Source: Lama glama
Taxonomy: Eukaryota
Assembly: GCA_028534125.1 (NCBI GenBank)
Contig: CM052816.1
Coordinates: 20,152,001 to 20,216,000, forward strand
DNA length: 64,000 nucleotides
Direction: 5' to 3'
Shown here: in pieces, positions 58,963-64,000 of the stretch
Numbering within the stretch: the first letter of the stretch is position 1
How the letters are laid out: every line of letters begins with the position of its first letter
Made by a program: the position numbers and the translations under genes
Notes under the pieces: generated by a model
Told to the model about the DNA's origin: nothing
Database searches by the model: none
Seen by the model: only the letters and a program-made list of their open reading frames with translations

Positions 58963-61930
58963 TTTTTTTTTTTTAATTGAAGTACAGTCAATTACAATGT
59001 GTTTATCTCTGATGTACAGCACAATATCCCAGTCATGCATATACATACATATATTTGTTTTCATATTTTTTCCATTAAAAGTTATTACAAGATATTGAAC
59101 ATAGTTTCCTGTGCTATACAAAATAAACTTTAAAAAAATCTATTTTTATATATAGTTGTTAACATTTGTAAATCTCAAACTTCCAAATTTATCCCCTCCC
59201 ACCCCCTTTGCCCGGTAACCATAAGATTGTTTACTAAATCTACGAGTCTGTTTCTGTTTTGTAGATGGGTTCATAGTGTCCCTTTTTTTTTTTTTTTTTA
59301 GATACCACGTATGAGTGATATCATGTGGTATTTTTCTTTCTCTTTCTGGCTTACTTCACTTAGAATGATGATCTCTAGGTCTATCCATGTTGCTGCAAAT
59401 GGCATTATTTTATTCTTTTTTATGGCAGAAGAGTATTCCAGTATATAAATGTACTACAGCTTCTTTATCCAGTCATCTATCAATGGACATTTAGGTTGCT
59501 TACATGTCTTGGCTATTGGATATAGCGCTGCTATGAACATTGGGGTGCATGTGTCTTTTCGACTTAGAGCTCCTTCTGGATATATACCCAGAATTGGGAT
59601 TACTGGATCATATGGTAAGTCTATTTTTAGTTTTTTGAGAAATCTGCATACTTTTTCCATAATGGCTGCACCAAACTGCATTCCCACCAGCAGTGTAGGA
59701 GGGTTCCCTTTTCTCCACACCCTCTCCAGCATTTATCGTTCATGGACTTTTGGATGATGGCCATTCTGACTGGTGTGAGGTGATACCTCATTGTATTTCT
59801 CTGATAATTAGTGATATTGAACATTTTTTCATATGTCTATTGGCCATTTTTATGTCTTCATTGGAGAAATGCTTGATTAGGTTTTCTGCCCATTTTTGGA
59901 TTGGGTGGGTTGTTCTTTTGTTATTAAATTGTGTGAGCTGTTCATATATTCTGGAAATTAAGCCTTTGTCAGTCGCATCATTTGCAAATATTTTCTCCCA
60001 TTCCGTAGGTTGTCATTTTGTTTTGCTTATGGTTTCCTTTGCTGTACAAAAGCTTATGAGTTTAATTAGGTCCCACTTGTTTATTTTTGTTCTTATTTCC
60101 ATTGCCTGGGTAGACTGCCCTAGGAGAATGTTGCTAAGATTTATGTCAGAGAATGTTTTGCCTATGTTTTCTTCTAGGAGGTTTATTGTTTCTTGTCTTA
60201 TATTTAAGTCTTTAAGCCATCTTAAGTTTATTTTTGTGTATGGAGTGAGTGTTCTAACGTCACTGATGTACACGCTGCTATCCAGTTTTCCCAACACGAC
60301 TTGCTGAAGAGACTATCTTTTCTCTTTAAACAAAAAAATTAAAAAAAAAATTTAAAAGGGGAAAAATAAAAAAAAATAAAATAAAAAACAAATAAAAAAC
60401 AAATTAAGAAAATTTAAAAAATTTTAAAAGAAAAAAGATTTGAAAACAGAATATAATAAATAACAGAACAAAAGAAAAAGAAATAAAAATCAAATTGAGA
60501 CAAATTATAAAAACTCAATAACATTTAAAAAGAAAAGAAAATTTAAGAAAAGATTTAAAAAATAAAAAGAATAAAAAATTAAATAAAAATTTAAAAGAAA
60601 AAAAGAAAAATGAAAAAAGGGAGAGAATGTGTTCCCATGGAGATGGTGCACTCATAATAATTTTGTCACGAGGTCTGTTTTAAGTATGGGTAATTGCCAA
60701 GTCTTCCTTCCCTGCCTTTTGGCTGTTATCCTTTTGTTTGGAGGTGTGGCTGGCGTTGTGGTGGCCAGAGCCTACCTTGGCTATTGAGTGCAGACTCCTG
60801 TTTGTTCTGTGGTTGTTGCTGCTCCCGCCCTCGCCCGGCTGTGGGAACTCCCATCTGTTGTTCCAGATGCCCTCAGTTCACGCCGCTGGTCTGTGAAGCT
60901 CTCAGCCCCAGGTCTGCTCAGGGTTGGTGGTAGGCGGGCAGGTCACGCCCCCTCCCAGAGCTGCGACTGCGCAATGTAGGTGGGCGGGTCATACCCGGTT
61001 CAGTGTCGCCCCTGGGGCTGCTCCACGCTGTCTCACAGAAAACGGCCGCACCAGCCCTCGCCCCTCCTATGTGTCAGAACTCCACTCCTTGTTCCTCTGT
61101 CTTAGAGGCACGAGTCCACAGAGGCGCAGAGCTGAACCGTCCCTTCTGCCTGGGGCTGTAAACAAATCTCAGTCCTTCCTATGAGGTTGCAGAGCCCCTG
61201 GGTACGGATTCCGGTTTCTACCCCGCCTCCACCTGGGAGCGCACCTGGGAATATGGTGGCTGTGGCTGAGCCCCGCCTCCCTTCTCCTGAGAATGGGCCA
61301 GCAGGGTGCTGAGGGTCTGAGGAGACAAAGGCTATGGCACCCCTCCCCACAGTGCACACCAGCAGTGTTGCTTTGCTTTTTTAAAAATTTTATTTTATGG
61401 GGCACCCATGTTGTTCTCTGAGTACCCTCCCAGCCACAGTGCACAGCACACTGCAGTCCCCCAGGGTTGCCTCTATACAGCCGGCCCTACTCCTCTGCCC
61501 GGCTCTGGCAGCCTGTCCCACCCCTGCAGATTCGCGTCTAGGGCTGGGGGTCTCGGGGACCCTTTGTGCCTGTTTCACGTAATTCTGTTGGTCAAGGGCT
61601 GTTCTGTACAGACCCAAGCCTCGGAGGTTCCCCCTCCATCCCGCTGACCTCTGTTGGAGAGGGGGAGACCCAGCGAATGAGCGCTATTCCTCCTTTGCCA
61701 CTTCCTCCTGAAGGGACCGGTCTCGCACTAAACTCCTTTTTCCTTCTTTCTTTTTTCCTTTTCTCCTACCAGATTTGTGGTGAATTTTGTCTTTTGAAGA
61801 AGGCAATGTTCTGTCAAAGTTCAGCAAATGTTCTGAGTGATTGGGTGGGTCCGTGGATGTCTCTTTTGGTGTATTCGTGGGACAGGGTGAGCTACAAGCA
61901 TCCTTCTACTCCGCCATCTTGGCCACCCTC
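58963..61930 (-). mobile_element. Camelid L1 retaining 5' UTR and 3' end but lacking ORF1 and most of ORF2
   Basis: Poly-T and 3' UTR from 58963; ORF2 C-terminal frames at 59454-60297; abrupt junction at ~60324 to a long A-rich tract; CpG-rich 5' UTR; terminal YY1 motif CCGCCATCTTGG at 61911-61922. Confidence 0.85.
60326..60620. repeat. ~300 bp A-rich low-complexity tract (T-rich part of the L1 5' UTR)
   Basis: Runs of A with sparse T/G. Confidence 0.85.
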
Positions 61931-63334
61931 AGAAGGTGGTTTGTTCAGTGCAGCTTCCATGCCAGCATTCCGAAGATGCCTTGGTCTCTCTCCTGTTGGC
62001 TTGGCCTCCATATGGTGAGCATCCTGCTAGCCCGGGGCCAGTCTGCATAGAGTCTGTAGGTTGTGGTCTTTTGGGTCAGACAGAAGTCCTCTGGGCTTTC
62101 CTCCGGGCCTTGTGTGTGCATCCTACACCTGCTCCATGCCCAGGCCTGGCCTCGCTGTTTTGCAGCCAGCTCACTCCTCCTTAGCACTTCCAGCAGCTCC
62201 TGCCTGTGGGACTGTTTGGAGTTGCTGTGGCTGTGTCTTGCCTCTTGGCCCCCTTGCCTGCCTTGAGAGCAGGGTTCCTAGCCTGTTGCCTGGCTGCACT
62301 TGGCTGGTCCATCCTTGGAGGCGTGGTAGCACACGGAACCCGGAGCAGGCCGCCTGAGGTCGGGATGTTTCCCCACGCAGGCATGGCTGCTCAAATCTGG
62401 GAACTCAGGGCTGGGTGGCCTTTCTCTCTGTCAAGTTTAGGATTCAAATTTAGCTTCTGAATCCAGGAAGCCTGCCTTTGGGGCTTGGCATGTGGGAGAA
62501 TGCAGAGGGTCAGGGCGTCCAGGACTTAGCCGGAGACCTCACCAGCTTTCCTCTTCCCCACTTGCCTGAATCTAAGAGTATCAGCCAACTTTCAGTGAGG
62601 CTTACTGTGTGCAGAATGCCTTACGCACAGCAGCTAACTCCATCCTCACGGCTCTTTCCCAGGTTACGGCTGGGACAGAGAGGCCAGGCCACAGGTCCTG
62701 GCAGGTGCTGCATCTGGTGCTCCCGTTTCTCTTTTTCTGTCCAGAAGAGTCACAAGCTGCTCTGAGCCTTGAGAGGACTGCTTCAGACACGTTTCCCTTT
62801 AAGGCTGATCACTGCTTTTGGTAAGTCTACAGCACCCAAGGTGGGGCCACGGTGGGATCCAGTTCTCCAGATGGAGGTCCCTTCAAAGAAAAAGTCAAAG
62901 TACCTTAATTGCTTGACTTTTCGAAGCAGTTTCATCTTTGGCATATTCACTTCTGCTGCCTTAGAGGCTATTGCTGCTCCTCTTTATAGGCGAGGGATCT
63001 GATCCCCAGGGAGCAGACAGGGCCCTGTAGTGGGACTGGCTTTCCCGAGGGCAGGTGCTTCTCCCACTAGGCCCTTCTGCCTCCTATTGTGGTCAGATGT
63101 ACATGAGCCCTGAGAGGCTCAACTTGGAGCTCAGGTGTGCCTGCCTGTGGAAAGTTCTGGCCAGGCCCAAGCTCACTTAGGCTTCTATTCCTTTTATGCA
63201 TGGTGGTTGTCTGTCCCTTTCTGCGCTCCTGATCCTTAAACTGCATTTCTATACCTAGCTCTGTAGCTTGCTGAGCTGGGAGAGGAGGCCAGGTAGTATC
63301 GGTCATGGCCACTTGGGGTATCTATCAAGGCAAG

Positions 63335-63740
63335 ACAGAACATTCTTGATATTTCAGTGGCTTAGACCAATAATGTTATTAAAGTTTATTTCTCACTCAC
63401 ACTTAGTCCATTTGGGGTGACCCTGATCAGGCAACTGATGCAGCGATTGAGGGACTCAGGCCCCTCCATGTCATGACTGCTGACTTCAAGGACCCACGGC
63501 CACTTAGGGGTGGTCTCCACTGGCCAGAATGGAAAGCAGCAGGTGACTCTCCAGGGGCGGGGGTTTGTATGGGCTAGGTTTGCAAGGAGCACGCATCACT
63601 TGTGCCCACATTCCACAGGTCAGGACTCAGGCACATGGCCACATCTAACCACAGGGGCAGCTGGGACATGCCATCTAGCTGAAGGCCCAGGAGGAGGGGG
63701 AAACAAGTTTGGGGGAGCATGTAGTGCTCTGCCATAAGGC
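63335..63740 (-). mobile_element. Old MaLR (MLT1J/K-like) LTR
   Basis: tttcagtggcttagacc...aaagtttatttctcactcac...cacatggccacatctaaccacagggg...gtagtgctctgccata. Confidence 0.65.
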
Positions 63741-64000
63741 CTGGCATGGCCATGCGGGGGCCAGCTACAGTCTCAGAATGCTGGCATGTCTCCCTGCTGC
63801 TCCCTGGGCATCTCTCAGGCCAGGTGAGCTCCTTGCTGAAGGCCCAGGTGCCTCTGTTATCAGGGGCCCTGAGTAGTGTAGGCCAGGCTAGGACTGGGCT
63901 CTGGCCCTGACAGATATACAGGTGACCATGGGTGAGGCCTCGCACCTCTCCTGGCTCCAATACCTGATGAGCCCAGCCTGCCTCTCAGAGCTGTCAGAGG

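Noticed and set aside
60770..61700. CpG-rich region as the promoter of an unannotated gene
   Set aside because: Better explained as the 5' UTR of the L1 ending at the YY1 motif near 61920.
1..64000. Prokaryotic-type systems (CRISPR arrays, operons, defence islands)
   Set aside because: The sequence is intron-containing mammalian DNA with no regularly spaced repeat-spacer array or dense coding.

Overview
Mammalian genomic DNA, very probably camelid (camel, alpaca or llama). The evidence is a tRNA-Ala-derived SINE resembling the camelid Vic-1 family, with no Alu, B1, Bov-A, PRE1 or Can-SINE copies. The window holds the last three exons and 3' UTR of VDAC1 (+). About 3 kb downstream on the same strand is the complete three-exon C5orf15/KCT2 orthologue (265 aa, CpG-island promoter). 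The remaining ~43 kb has no recognisable gene: L1, L2, MIR, MaLR/ERV-L LTRs, a decayed ERV-L gag-pro-pol-dUTPase relic and several enhancer-like unique blocks. I see no clear new multi-gene system. Best leads: a MER41-like solo LTR with a GAS motif in C5orf15 intron 1; an in-frame VDAC1-C5orf15 read-through splice option; an inverted SINE pair around VDAC1 exon 7; an L1 keeping both ends but lacking ORF1 and most of ORF2; a ~250 bp local duplication bracketing the last C5orf15 exon; TGN46-like features of C5orf15; HOX/PBX, MEF2 and CTCF motif clusters; and several miniature retrotransposition scars. Repeat family names come from recalled consensus sequences, not a database search.
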